A stretch of DNA of 50,754 nucleotides. It comes from Vermamoeba vermiformis (Eukaryota). This document shows positions 34,958-49,432 of the stretch, one piece after another (the first letter of the stretch is position 1; the number at the start of each line of letters is the position of its first letter). Location: the NCBI GenBank assembly GCA_045837725.1, contig JBEWZL010000082.1:1-50754 (forward strand), read 5' to 3'. The notes below the pieces were generated by a model that had not been told where the DNA came from, searched no databases, and saw nothing but the letters and a program-made list of their open reading frames with translations. A program made the position numbers and the translations under genes.

Positions 34958-36318
34958 CTATTTATGGTGCTTCTTTTTCTTGTGCTTGCTCGGGGTTTGT
35001 TGGATCACAACTGGCGACGAGGCTTCGGCACCTGCTTCATTCATTATGGCGCCTTCATCATCAAAAGTAGGCTTAGCATCAACTACAACAACGCCAGTTT
35101 CAACAGTTTCGTCAGTCTCGGCTCCTATGATCATACGAGTCAGTACACGATTTTATCAAATTTATTTTTAGTCGAATTAATATTAGCATTGGAAGAATTG
35201 AGATTTAAAATGTATATAACTTATATTAGGTACTTACGGATAGCAGCGTTCAAGTTGATAACAATATCATCGACTTGGTTTCTGAAGTCTTGCATGGCGC
35301 GCTTATCATTGGGAGAAGGGAATCTATCCTCCAATTGACTGAACATGTTCTTAATAACCTCGAGGCTACCAACAGTCTCGGTTTCAATCTCTTGGTGAGC
35401 GCGGACCTTCTCTTCCATTTGACGCAACAAAGCCTTTTCCTTGGTAGATCGCATTGAGGCCCAGAGAAGAGTGCCCAAGAACAAGAGGGTCTCTAAGCCG
35501 ACCCAGAACAAGTTTGAAGGGTCGTTCCAGAAGGCTTGAACGGGACCTTGAGTGAACTCGTCTTCAGCTATAAGATGAGCATTAATGACCTCGCAAAGTT
35601 TGCCACGTCGAATTTTCGGCGGATGGGCCAAGTACTTACAGACAGTAGCGGGCTTAGGAGCCAAGTTCTTGTTGAGATCTTGCTTGGCTTGGTTGTACTT
35701 TTGTTCCCAGTCCTTGGCGTTCTCGTTAGCTTCGGAAAGCTTACGATCCCATCTCTTGCGCTCGGTTTCGACGACTTGTTCGATGAGCTTTTCAACATCT
35801 TCATCGCTCATTCGACGCGAGGCTTCGTCTTTAGAGCCGCTTGTATCGCGATCGCTTTGACGCGAAGATTGTTGGTTTTGGCTTTGATCGGGTTGATCTT
35901 GGCGAGAGGATCCTTCGCCCTTACCCTTGCCTTGCGTACCTGAGGTATCCCCTCCATACGCTGGCCCTTTATTACTCTCTTGATCGATTCCTGAGAGGTG
36001 TTGTTGTCCATCTTGTTGAGATTTCGAAGGCAGCTCGTCGAGAACTTCTGTGTTGGCAGTCGTCACTACGGTAGTTTTTTCTAATGAAATTATTGGCAAT
36101 TAATAAGTTTATTACAAAAGAATAATCAGAATAAAGAATAAATATTGTAGATGTGCAGAATTGAAAAACATTTATAAATCACCAGAGCCTTCAATAAATA
36201 AACTAAACTTACCAATTTGAGCTGGAGGAAGGGGTTGTTGTGGTGGTAAAAATAAAGAGCCAATAAAAGCTGCTGCAAGAGCAACTGTGACAGTGGCACG
36301 GGTGTATAGCGCGTTCAT
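34958..36318 (-). CDS. Hypothetical membrane protein (N-terminal hydrophobic segment, coiled coils, one internal TM, basic C-terminus)
   Basis: Three exons with GT-AG introns; MNALYTRATVTVALAAAFIGSLFL; TM LFWVGLETLLFLGTLLWA; ends KHKKKKHHK*. Confidence 0.7.
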
Positions 36319-36686
36319 TGCTGGATGTGATCGCTATACGTTAATAAATATCTTAAAATATTGTTGTCTTTCTGTAGAACTCGATTTGAAGAATGACGAA
36401 GTGCTGCGGGCTCAAATAATAAGCAAAGTGTCTCGTCACCAAAAAACGCGCGAAATTTTGTCTAAATTCACCATAATTACAAGCGGACAACCTTGTCCTC
36501 GCGCTAGTAAATTTTGTTAATAGGCATTGCTAGGGTTACTAAATCTTGCCAATTACCCACCGGACATCGTTTCACTTGACGATCTGGATCTGCAAGATCT
36601 GCTTGTATGCTGGAATTAACTCTTTATTACGGAGTCAATTACAATTAAACTTAGTATTTGTAACGATGCCTTCTTATGGTCCATAT

Positions 36687-39116
36687 TTAGTGAGGGTATC
36701 TAGGATCGTGGCGGCGCTTTCTCTCGGGAGCCTTAATAATTTCATCGATACGCAAAATCATTTCAGCGGCTTCAGCGGCAGACATCAAGATCTGCATCTT
36801 AACCTTCAAAGACTCCTTAATGCCCATGCTGGCCATATCACCGATCTCTCCGGTCTCCATGTTCAAACCAGCGTGCACCTTGCCTTCGTAGTGGGCAGCC
36901 TTCAATTGAGAAACCAATTCTGAGCTGTCGTAACCAGCGTTGTCAGCCAAAATCGTAGGGATCATACGCAAAGCTCTGTATAACATCATTAGTATTGAAG
37001 TCGATTGATAGATCCGATCCGATCTTATTTTTTCGATTACATTCTACAACATTGTAGATGTTAAAATGTGGGAGTACCGGTACATACCTAGCAAAGGCTT
37101 CAATAGCAAGCAATTTCTTGCCCGGGGTTTTCTTGGCCAACTCTTCGACAGCTTGGGCCATGATCGATTCAACGCATCCACCACCGTACACGGTGCGAGT
37201 TTCTTTAGTGGTTTGGGTCAAGACGCACAAAGCATCGTGCAATGATCGCTCAGCTTCGTCTAAAATGTGCTTAGTAGCACCGCGCAAGACGATAGTGCAA
37301 GCCTCGCCGCGTTCAACACCGCTGAACTTGATAACCTTGTCTTCACCAATCATAATCTCTTCAATCAATTTGCAGTGACCGAGCTTGACACGTTCAGGGT
37401 TGTCGAAGGTAGAAACGATCTCACCACCAGTGACAAAGGCGAGACGCTCAATGCCTTCAAAGTCAGCGTGTTCAATGGCCATCACGCCGTGATCGGCGAA
37501 GTATTGTTCGGGCAAGTTGTAGATCAACTGTCTGTTGATAAAGCAGTTGATTTGATGGTTGACAATCTTCTCGCACTTGGCAAGCATGCGGTCCTAAGGG
37601 AAACAATTCTGTTAGGCGGATTCGGCATTGAATTTTCTAGATCACCGTTACATGAATTTTGTTATTATAAATAATATAAAGTGCACGTATATAATAATTC
37701 AGCATAGCTTTTGTAGTCAACTTACACGCTCAGCCTTCTCAATCTTAGCCAATTCAGCGGGCGAATCCACTTGGACCTTGGCACTGTAGATCTTGACTTT
37801 ATCGCTGTCCATAGCAGTGTTGGCCAACAAAATCTTAGCGTTTTCAATACGCTTAGGTTGACCGACACCGATCTTCTTCTCCAAAATAAAACCTTCGTCC
37901 AAGAATGAATCTTCTAATGAACCACCAACCTTCTTAATAATATGAATCATTTGTAAATCAGTGCTGCCCTTCAATCTCATCACTGCATCGACGGCCAACT
38001 TGGCGAAGTGGTCCATGTGAGTAGAGTTCTGGCCCAAAATCTTCGAGCCCAAAGTAGTACGAGCGATCTGCAACAGATCTTGTTTGAATTTTTCTGTTTA
38101 AGAAGAACCGTTAGTATATTAATAATGCTATTGCAATATTAAGCCACAAAAGTCCAACTCTCTATTCGATACAAGCAGATCTAGATCGTGTAACACGTGT
38201 GTTTGCGTACCTTTATCTGAAGAGTTATCAGTAGAAGACTTGACCAAAGCCTCGCGAGCAACATCGACGGCCATTCTCCAACCTATATTGATAATATTAG
38301 CACATTCGCTCGTATTACAAGCACGGAAAAATTGACGGATGTGACCTACCTTCGATGATGGTTTGAGGGTGGATCTTTTGGAACATAAGCTTCTCGGCTT
38401 CACGGAGGAGCTCACCAGTCAATACACAAACACTGGTAGTACCGTCACCGACTTCATCGTCTTGTGTTTTAGAAATATCGACCAAGATCTGCGATCGAGC
38501 GGTCAGTCTTGTTAAACGATAACAAGTAATTTTTATGATCGTAGAATATCCTTATATGAATATTCGTGATCGCTTGCAAATGTTTGTCGAGACTTACCTT
38601 GGCAGCAGGATTCGAAACGTGAATCGACTTCAAAATGGTAGCACCGTCATTAGTAACTTGAAGTTCATTGAATCGAGCGCCATCACTGGAGGGTTGCAAA
38701 ATTTTATCCTGCATGGTATTAGTTAAATTGGTTGTTATACGCCTTTGTCATAATAAATCCAGCAGAAAAATTATTCGCTGTAAATTAATAAATGAAGCCA
38801 GAAAAATATGCTTACTTGTCCTTTCGGTCCCAAAGTGGTTTTCAAAAGGTCTGTAACGGCAAGAACACCAACAAACAAACGCTATCAATTATAAAAAATT
38901 ATTATCAGCTCGATCCAATAATTATTATTCAAATCTCTCGTACGTTTCGTGCTTCCTCTCCCTTCTCTTCCTTAGTATCTTGTTGGAAAATGTTCACTCC
39001 TCCTCCTTGGGGAACGTTATCCTCTCTGCTTTGAAATTGCTCCTGATGCAGATCGGACAGTTAGTATCGGATTCATTCGATAGCTTCCGTCCAATTATTA
39101 ATATTACCTCCGACAT
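36687..39116 (-). CDS. CCT2: T-complex protein 1 subunit beta (CCT chaperonin)
   Basis: [74 protein letters not shown]. Confidence 0.97.
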
Positions 39117-39270
39117 ATTGTTTGTTGTGTGGGTTAGTGTAACAAGAACGACGAAAGTGAGAGCAGCCGCGAAAAAGGTTTTGGCTTTCGAGATCTCCCA
39201 AAGATAAGAATTTCTGCTTACTCTATTTTCGATCTTAAAATATACTCGTGATGAGCAGTGACGTTATTAT

Positions 39271-42012
39271 TTACAATACAGTGTTTGAAACACCTGTTTG
39301 AGCCACATCTGGTACTTTCTGGTTCTTAATGTATGCAGCGCTCTTCGCAGCCTGTTGGTCGTTGTACTTCTTAATGTCTTCGTCAGTAGCTAATTCAAAT
39401 ATAGGCAAGTGGTCCAATGTCGCAGTGATGGTATGCCAGTCGCCTCCTTTGAACACCGCACCAGATGAAACTTCTTTCCACGACTTGTTCGGGAATGGTA
39501 AATATACATATCGCAAGAATTGGCCTTGCTTAATTATAGGAGCTACGACCTGCAAGTTTGACACGTTAGCACAAATCCAAAAGAGATCTTATTATTGAAC
39601 AAGTACGCACCACTCTGTCGCCTAGTACGAACTGATCACCAATGGTATACGTTTTCTTATCATTAGGGGCGAGCCAATACATAGGACGGACAATAGGCCA
39701 TCCTGTCTGCATTGCTTCCTTGGCCAACTGAACGATGAGATCCGCGTACTTTTGATGCCATTCTACCGCTTTCAAACATAGTTGCGCACATTCTGCATCA
39801 AATGTCCATGGTGCGATAGAGAACTGCATCGAAGGCAACAAAGCATTGGCTTGTGCCCATCGTACCATCAGTTCTTTTGTGGGTCTAAACACACGTGTCA
39901 GGCAGCTATTTGCCAACAAAAAAGAACTAATTTGCTCGGACTTACGGTTGGCCCCAGTCATTTCCACCAATCATATCGGGCAATACAAATGGATACCCAA
40001 GCACTCCGAGAGTCAGAGCTCCCGTTAAAACGCTTTCGAGTCCATTGTCCAGACCCCAGATCGAGGCTTTGTCCCATTGTCTCATCTGAACTTAGTAAGT
40101 AAATATTGTTATATACATGATGTACTTACCAAGTGATGGCTATTCTGTGAATTATATCCTGTTCGAACTTCACCACACGCGAATTGGTTTGCCAGTTCTA
40201 CCCACTTCGTGCTGTAGTAATTCTTATTGTACATCGTGTCATTATTGCTATACGCAGCTGGATTGTTCGTTCTGTCGAGGAAATTGGACTCGCCTACATA
40301 AATAGATATTAATATCGTAGGATCTGACTCGTGCCGGCACTTACCTCCATCGAACTTGAACCCGTCAATGCCTATGTCCTTTTGCATCTTCTTAAGTCTG
40401 CTAACAAACCACTCTACAGCCTCGTTATTCGTAACATCCAAAATATAACATGTTCCCTAAGGGCTTACGTTAGTGGCTGAGACTGAAGGAAAATTTTTCA
40501 TTTAGATCCTTACGTTCCACCACTTGCTTGGTACTGACTTAGACGGATCGGTACTATCTTTGACCCAATATCCTTTGACTCGGCCTTCATGGTAAGCTTT
40601 GCTTGTCTCTTCAGCGAAAGGCGTCACCCAAAGAGTCACTTTAAAGCCAAGATCGTGGAGCTGATCCACCATCTTTTTGGGGTCTGAAGAGCGTTAATTG
40701 GTTAGCAACGAATGCACCGTATACAAGTTATAGCTTCGTACTCACCCGGAAATAACGTGGAGTTGAACTCGAGATCTCCGTGTGCACTCGACCATTTATC
40801 ATCGATTTCCATAACTGAATACGGATATTTGTTCGATATAATTTCTTTAGCGAATTCTAAGACTTTGTTTTGGTTGATATCGGTCTTGTATCTCGCCCAC
40901 GTGGTCCAAATCGGAGATCTGAGTAAATACTCCTCGGGCGTGCTTTTCGGCTTTTTTAGAGCGGCTAATTGTTTCTTCTGAGCTTCCATAGGATTATCAT
41001 ACGCTGCTATTTGATATTTCATAATTATCGGCTTTGATTGAAAGTGATCAGATCAAGTTGGAATTTTAGTAATAAGAGTAGCTACTTACGTTCGTTTTCG
41101 CGGAGTATGTAGGCTTATTCTTCTCATTGAATACAATTTTCAGGCAAAATAGACCATCGCCATCGTTTTGATTGAAAACAGGGTAAGGCGCGGCAGACTG
41201 ACAATGGAATGGTTAGCACCATTGAAAATGTTCATAATAACTGATGATGGCAACCACGGCACATATTATACGGAATTTATCGTTAAAAAATGAATCAATC
41301 GCTTCCGATCCGCAATCGGCAATTCAACTCACTTTACCAGAAAATTCGTGACCAGTGTTGTATTCGTTCATGCTAATGCTTATAAGGTACTTCGGATCGG
41401 CTATTATCGATGCCCCCGTTGAAGTAGTCCACATTGGTTGGACTACAGTGTTGATCCCTAAACATATTTCCAATTTTAGAAATACAATTGTACTAAACGT
41501 GTATCTGCATGTTTAGGCCGTATACCTGAAGGACCATTATCCCATGTTTGCAATGGTGCAGTATTTAAGTGCAGAGACTCGATGGGCCAATGTTGCCGGA
41601 CCAATTCCGCTCCTCCATACCAATTCACGCCACTAGCCAGTACAAAAGCGTCGCACACGACCAACTCGTCAGTAGTGTTCACGTCTATTAAATTCCACTC
41701 GAAATCGAAGCCTTCGGTGTCTGCTTGACGAATTTTCAAGCTCGTGTTCCTCCAGATCAAGTCGAATCCTTTAGTCGTCTTAAAATTGTCGCCATATTTA
41801 ATCTGAAATTGGGGCGTATCTGTCTGATGCTTTCCAACGAGCCATTTCAGTGCTAGCCTTGATTGGCGTCGATCAAATAATAAAATTTCAATTTTGCCAG
41901 TCCGTCGATCAGGAAAAACTTTAACATGAATGTCATTGAGCTCAGCCTTATCTGGTAGCGTAAATAGGGCTGGATGGCCGTCGATTGGCAGGTTTGACAT
42001 GTAGTTCTGCAT
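39271..42012 (-). CDS. Glycoside hydrolase family 31 (MYORG-like)
   Basis: WYGGAE, PIWTTWARYK, EIDDKW, GIDGFKFDG(GE) nucleophile motif, MQFSIAPW, PIVRPMYW, DQFVLGD. Confidence 0.92.
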
Positions 42013-42872
42013 CGTTGACTAAAGCAGGATTACGAATAGAAATAGGATCGAGAGAACTACCTGAAAATAAATAAAGGTTAATTTTCTAAATAATGTCAGA
42101 GTGCTTGACATAATATTTTCGAAAAATCGCAACGTGATCGAGCGTTTGTTAACGAATCTTGTTGATTTTGAGAGTTAATTGAACCGACATCCGAACGAAA
42201 ATCTTATGCTTTTTTGCTTACTTTTATAATATATATAAATATCAACGCCTTGAACTTATTATTTACAAATCTACTGCTGTGTATCCTCCTTTGAGTGTTA
42301 GGTGTAAAATGTCTCGAACGGAAAATAAAATCGATTATTCGATGTTTCTAGAAGCGAGCAACACTTTTTATTTGTGCAGAATAGTTAGTATTCACTCTGT
42401 TGAGGATTTGCAAGCCGAGAATGCATGAGGGACATCACACAAAGTGGCTGTTACGCCGTAATCGGAAGCATCCGCACCAATTAAAGTTATCAACGAAATT
42501 AACCCCGAAAATAAGGTAAAAAAATGCCCAAAATAGTCTCGAACAAATAGGCTAATTACGGACGCTGCAGTCGCATTAGATCGACACAAATTTTTTAAAT
42601 TCCACATGAAAAAGACATAAATTTGGTTGAACCCTGCAACTACGGCATTCCCAGTGTTTGCAGGCGCTATAATAAGCAATTTTTTGGTCACGTTGATTCG
42701 GCGCACATTAATTATCGGATCTCTCAGTCAAATTTTAACGAATTTCCCTATGAAAATCAATTTATTTTTTGATACTCGAATACACCTGTTCCGCAGCACG
42801 ATGGTGAAAAAACTATTTATTGGGATAATTTCTCTTTATTTTGTATTTCCTAACGACTAAGACACAACTAAA

Positions 42873-45759
42873 ATGAAGAAGTTTTTATTAACTCTGTGCA
42901 TCTCACTGCTACTCATTGGTGCGATAAGAACGCACCCTCTGTGCGTCAATGGTGATGGCCCTGCTAAAGTAAGTCCGAATACTTACTCTGAAAACACAGA
43001 TCAAGCGCTAACAACGTTTTAACTTCTAGCCCGCGACACCACTCGAACTCTGCACTGATTACAACGACGCAGGTTGCTGCACTATAGACACTGAAGCTAC
43101 TATTAAAACTGAACTAGCCAATATTGGCGTCGCTGCTGGCGAATGCCGTACTCTGCTTCAACAGATCCTCTGCTCGAGATGGTAGGATCGGATTTGTGTT
43201 CTGTAATCTCCGTTGAATTTTATTAATATAATTATTTAGTGATCCTTGGGCTGCGCATCTGTTTGGTAGGCATAGCAAGCTGGTTTGTATGAGTTTAAGA
43301 CTAACTTTTTGCAACAGATGCCGAGTCTGGCAACGGTGTTCGTGAAGCCCCTTTTCTTTGCACCGATTATTGCGGAAAGTTATGGAACGCTTGTCAAAAT
43401 GTAGTCATCAACGCTAACCCATTCGATGATCAAAAGCGCTCAATCTCTTTGAGTACGTAAAGATTAAGCGGAATAACTTTGCTGGATCCGATCCCTAACA
43501 ATTTTATTTTTAGACGAGCTCTACTCCTCTCAAAATGCTTTCTGCGCCGCTTATAAGACTAACTCTGGCCAATACTGCTATTCTGGCACCCCTTTCGTAC
43601 CGACTGTCATTACCGACAGTAATTTCACTGAAACGGTAATTAGCTAATTTGCAATTTATTTAAACTGACGCTAAATGGCTTGATATTAGGTTTGCGTTGA
43701 AAGAATATTGGATACTAAGACTTACCTCGTTATGGCCGTCACTCCTGTTGAAAAGGATAATCGTTTATTCCTCGGTACTCAGGTAAGTTTTTAACGGGAT
43801 CTCATTTGAAATGATTTGCGGAATCAAAAAGATCAGAAAATATCTTACTTTTGTTAATATGGCAATATATATTAATGCAACTTCATACGTAGAGCGGTAC
43901 AATCGATATCTACGATAAAGATACGCAAACAATCTCCGGAACTTTCTTGGATATTAGCGGCAAGACTTTTGTCAACGGAGAGACTGGCATGCACGGCTTG
44001 AATTTCCACCCCAACTACGAGACTAACGGCTTGTTCTATGTGGTACGTAGATTGAAAAAATGACACGAAGTGCGCGATCCGGAGATCTGATCTTACAATT
44101 TGTTTAGGTCTATTCTTGCCCTCCTAGCAACGCTAACTGCCAATGGAAGTGTGATCGCGGATGTCCTTACGGCAACTGCAAAGCTGACGGCTACTGCGAG
44201 AACTTGTCGCACGTGCAGATCATTGAAGAGTACAAAGTTGATGGTGATTGGTCGTAAGTTACAAAAATATAGTAGGATTAGTATGATAATGATAGTAAAT
44301 TAATCATATTATGCTATTTAGAGCCAACACTGCTGTTCCTACCGCTGTCCGCAGAATCTTAGAGTATCCTCACCCTTACGCCAACCACAACGGAGGAGAT
44401 GTGCATTTCGGTCCTGAAGACGGTTACCTCTACACTACTACTGGTGATGGTGGCTATCAAGACGATCCTTTTTATTCTTCTCAAAACCTCAAGAGCCTTC
44501 TCGGCAAAGTTTTGCGTATTGACGTCAACAACAAACAAAACGGTAAGTATTCGCTGACTATTATTCATATAGCATTATATATCTAATATATATGCTAGGC
44601 AAACAATACGCTATTCCTTCTGATAACCCGTTCGTCAACCAAGCTGATGCTCTGGGGGAGATCTGGGCCTATGGTTTGAGAAACCCTTACAGATTCTCGT
44701 TTGATAAGGTTACTGGCAAGATGTGGGTCGGTGACGTTGGTGGTGCGGTAAGTACTTTAATACGATATTCAAAATTAGAACTTTTACTCGATTATCGCAA
44801 GATCTGGTCATCGTTTGGAACCGTTAATTAATGCTGTGCTGTAGGTTGTAGAAGAAGTGGATATTATTCAAAAGGGTGGTAACTACGGCTGGTCTCGCTA
44901 CGAAGGAGTGGAAGTGCATCGCACTGACAAGCCTGACATTCCTGATCGCGTGCCTCCTACTATGGCCTATTACAGAACTTTTATTGACCCTGCTTGCGTT
45001 ATCGGTGGCTACGTCTATCGCTCATCGGTGAACCCTTGCTTGCAAGGCACTTACCTCTTCGCTGATTACTTTGGTGTTCTTCTGCAAGGCAAAGAAGTCG
45101 CTGACGGATCTGACGTTTGGAACATGTACAAAGTCAGCACCAAGTGCGCTTCTAGCTCTCCTAAGGCTTGCAGAACTCTTGATATTGTCTTCAGCTTCGG
45201 TCAGGATCGCAACGACGATATGTACATCTTGGCTAAAGACGTAAGTATCAAAATCAAAAATCCAAATCCGGATCGAATCTAACGTTTTAATTTTCTTAGG
45301 CGGTCTTCAAGATTGTAGACTCTAACAAATGCGGTCTTACTTGCACTGCTACTCCAGTCATCGAACAAAGTCCACCCGTTACTACGCAAACACCCATTAC
45401 TGAACTCGCACCCACTGCCAGTACTCCTATTGTAAGTACTCCCCCTATAGCAGTCGTTCCCGTTGCGTCTCCAATAGTCGAACAAACACCTGTTACTGTT
45501 GTTATAACGCCTGTTACTGCTACTCCTGAATCGGTACGAAAAAAAGTTGATCAAGTGCTGCTAACGTTTGAATGATGGAGTATTCAGAGGCGAATGGCTA
45601 AAGACTTTTATACATATATATATTACCGTAATATAAGAGACAAATTTCTAACGGTTTTGCCCTTTTTAGGTTAACAATCAAGTTACCAGCAGTGGATCCG
45701 TTCTCATCAACTCTCTTGCCTTTGTCGTCCTCGCCATTGCAAGCATACTCATGCATTAA
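42873..45759 (+). CDS. HIPL1/HHIP-like protein: Cys-rich folate-receptor-like N-domain plus glucose/sorbosone dehydrogenase beta-propeller, GPI-like tail
   Basis: Signal peptide; PLC, GCC, CDPWAAHLF, LCTDYC; NHNGG, GYLYTTTGDGG, LLGKVLRIDV, IPSDNPF, AYGLRNP, KGGNYGW. Confidence 0.92.
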
Positions 45760-45876
45760 AAATATTTATTTGTATATAACCGATTCAATATAAAACATTA
45801 CAATTTCAATTTATTCCGCCTTCTACATTCGAGTAATCGTTTCATAAAATTAATTGTTTGGATCTGAAAACAACAG

Positions 45877-48800
45877 ATGTTATCCTCGCTACTTAGGCGC
45901 TGTAGCGCTGTTGTTACTAAAGCGAGGACAACTACACATGGCACGCTATTTGCAGTCCGATCTCGCGTTCTACAGTCGAGAAGTTACACGACAAAAGTCA
46001 AATCTGCGAGAGCTGATGCTTCATCACCGGAAAAATCAAAGGATAATAAGCCAGTTAATTTATTAACCGACGAGCAGACTGATTTGTTGACGTTGTCTTC
46101 ACCAAGTAAGATCACGGAATGAAAATAATTTACAAAAATTCAAAATATAATATTAATTCTTTTAGACAGTATAAATATCATATACTAAAATAATACCCGC
46201 CATTAAAATAATTAATTACTTGATACAAAAATGTTCGGATCTGATCTTTTTAATAACTCGTTAATAAAACCTTGTATTATAGCTACACAGGCCCGACTCG
46301 TCGAATTATGTTCTCAATCAAAGCAATTTGATGTTATTAAGAAATTATTCATCGAGCTGTTGAGTGAAACCACGATGAAAGTGCATCTAATGAAATTATT
46401 AACCAAACTCGGCGAGATTGAAGTAGAGTACGTCAATAGTACGCTAAATATTATGGACCATATTAATAATATAATATATAGGAATGTAAAATATGACAAG
46501 GAAATTATTGAACTCGCCGACCTGGCCATTAAGCAAAGAAAATTGGCGCGAAAAGAAGCAGCATTAGTGCTATTAAAAATATTTTTATGGCGTGGACGTA
46601 TGGATCACGTATTAGAGCTTTTGCAACAATTAGAAAGGATTGGTATGGCTTGAATATCGGCAAGAGATCTGTTCTAATATTTCCTAATTAGGAATTACTA
46701 TTACGGAGAGTTTGTATTATGAAGTACTAAGACTCGGATTGTACCAACAAAAATACGAGTTCATGAATATGACTTTCCAAGAGATGTTCAGCAAGGGTAT
46801 AAAGCCGACACCGCTGACCTACTCCTTAATGGCCAGGTACGTTCATATTAATATATGTTATTATCATTGACATCTCTTGTCGTATTATGGCTTAAATAGA
46901 TCCGTAGAAGCTTGTGACTTTGCTAATTTTTGGTCGTCATCAGGGGTTATGCGGCTGCTGGCAAAAAGGACTTGGCAGCAGTTCTCGTCGATAAAATTCA
47001 ACTCTCAGACTATAATATCGATATTATTTACAATTTGATCTTCATGCACTGTTTAAACGGCGATACTTTCAAGGTAGATCCGATCCACGAAAATTAAATC
47101 ACAGTTCATGGTCCTAATTATTGACAATAGGCGATTAACTTGTTAGACGTCCTCTTAAAGCACCCTGGATCCGTAACGGAGAAAGAAGAAGTCAAGGTCT
47201 GGAAAGCAATCTTTTTGTCCTTCAGAAATGTTCGTCCGCCAATGGACGTCGTGAACGATGTCGTGAAAATGGCTGAAACGAGAAATTTCAAGTACATGGA
47301 TGAGATCTACCTTAGCGTCATTCGCTCATTGCCTGATGTTAAATACGTAGAAGAGTTTGTGCATTCATTGAAAAAACGTAAGTTACAACGGATCCAAACA
47401 ACGGATCCCAATTTGAGCGAGCAAATGATTTTAACACGATATTTCCTTATTAGGAAAGGCGAAGATTCCTTCAACTGTATGGATGGAATTGATTACTATG
47501 CAATCTCAACGTGGATTCTATAACGCTGTAAGTGCAAATATCGACTCGACTTTTTCGCGTCAAAAAAAAACTAACGAAGAATACCAGGCGTTGTTTTCTT
47601 GGAAAGAAATGCTGGAGTACGGCAGCGAAGTAACGAAAAAGAGGTGCGAGCAAATGATTGGTCTGGCTCAATATGTCAAACGAAGTGAAGCACGACACAC
47701 GTTTCAAAGAATGCGGGAGTTTGTGTTTGAACCGATGAAAAAACTGCCAGAAGATCAACGACCTGATGCACATACCTATAATTTGATGATTAAGGCTGCG
47801 TTGTTGATGAAACGACCTGCAAAGGCGTTAGAATTGTGGGACGAAATTGACGCACAAAAATTGCCGCTCGACACTGAAGAGAAAATGATCACGCGGAAAG
47901 AAATTCTTGAAATTTCAGAACTGAAACAAAATTTTGAGAAAGATAGGAGGAAAAGGTAATTATTAGAACCCTGCGAACTTATTTTATTTCAATTTTTCTA
48001 AGAAACGTTTTTTTCTTAGGATGGAAACGCTCAATCCGCTATCACGTGGTGTCAATTTCGATCGATCGGACGTTATTGTCATCGCTGAATTGATCCGTCA
48101 TTACTTGAAAGAGTACAGCGACTCGCGCTCTGTGGCTGCCTGGTAAGTTTGCCCCCATAGTTTATTGAAGACGGCAGTGTCACGTGACAATATCAAATCA
48201 CGCGATCATTGCGATAAATATTTACAAAGATTTCGCTTTCTAGAATTTTTGGTCATATTTTGTCTCCCAAGTCTGGAGCTAACGACTCTTTTTTTTACAG
48301 GGATTCATTGCCACCTAAGAATCTGAACAAATATTTCACATTGACTGAGCGACAAATTATTCAACAAAAAGGCATCGATTTGGATAACTTGCCGACAGCT
48401 TTTGATCGACAAACTGGTGGACCGGTCATTCAATTCAGCAGTCAAAAACAAGCGGAGGCTGATAAAGCTAGACTTGCTGAAGAAGAATTAAAAGAGCAAG
48501 AGCAATTGCAACGTAATTACGGCGAGGTTTTTGATAAGGAAGATTTTGACGAGGTGTGGATGCTGGACGACGCCAACGACGAAAACGAAAATGATAACGC
48601 TCCGACCTCGGAGGCTAAGCAACATCAGGAGCCACAGCAAAGTAACGAGGAAATTATTGCGAGGAACTCGGAGATCACTCCGGAATCGCGAAATTTCAAC
48701 GGTGCTATTTTTTCTGCGGACAACAGTTGGCGAAGCTTTTTCTTCGTGTATAATAGATTAGTTGGCGAAGGATTCGGTTACACATTATCAGTACGTAGAG

Positions 48801-49142
48801 CAATATATAATCATAGTATTCTAACTTTATTGCCTTATTTAGCAAGCCAAGCAAGACATGCGAATTAAGATGTTGGATCCGAACAACAAATTTTTCAAGT
48901 TTATCAAGGAACGAGTCACTGAAGTAGAATACAAGAACTTATTAGCAGTTTATCAAAGTTCTAGGAAATTCAAGAAATACTCGGTCCATTGGAACAAGAT
49001 TAATAGATCGCCCGAAGAAAGAGAATTAAACCGCGAAATCGCACGACAAAAGCGTGAAGCGAATCTCAAGGCTAAAGACGAAAGATACAAAGCTAATCAA
49101 GAACGGCGCAGGTTAAAAGAAATGCAAGCAAACCAGCAATAA
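45877..49142 (+). CDS. Putative mitochondrial PPR-like protein
   Basis: R/S/T-rich acid-free N-terminus (MLSSLLRRCSAVVTKARTT); PPR-like FQEMFSKGIKPTPLTYSLM and PDAHTYNLMIKA; multi-exon. Confidence 0.7.
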
Positions 49143-49432
49143 TGATAAAAAGTTTTTCCGCAATTTTTTTTGAGATCCGATTTAAATTTTAGTTCTATTT
49201 ACTTGGACGTTCCGAGGATAACGGCCTTAATAAGCTAGCTAAACTGGTTGGCGAAATAATCCACAATAGACGAAATCGGCGGAATGACACGTGTCATTAG
49301 GCCTTGGATCACAAAAACAATTCCTGGAAAAAAATTGCGCAAACAAAGCATAAAACAGCGTTGCTTCATCATTCAGCATTACTCAACCCAAGAACACGAC
49401 TCAAACCGAAGCCAGGTCTGACAAAGGAAACG

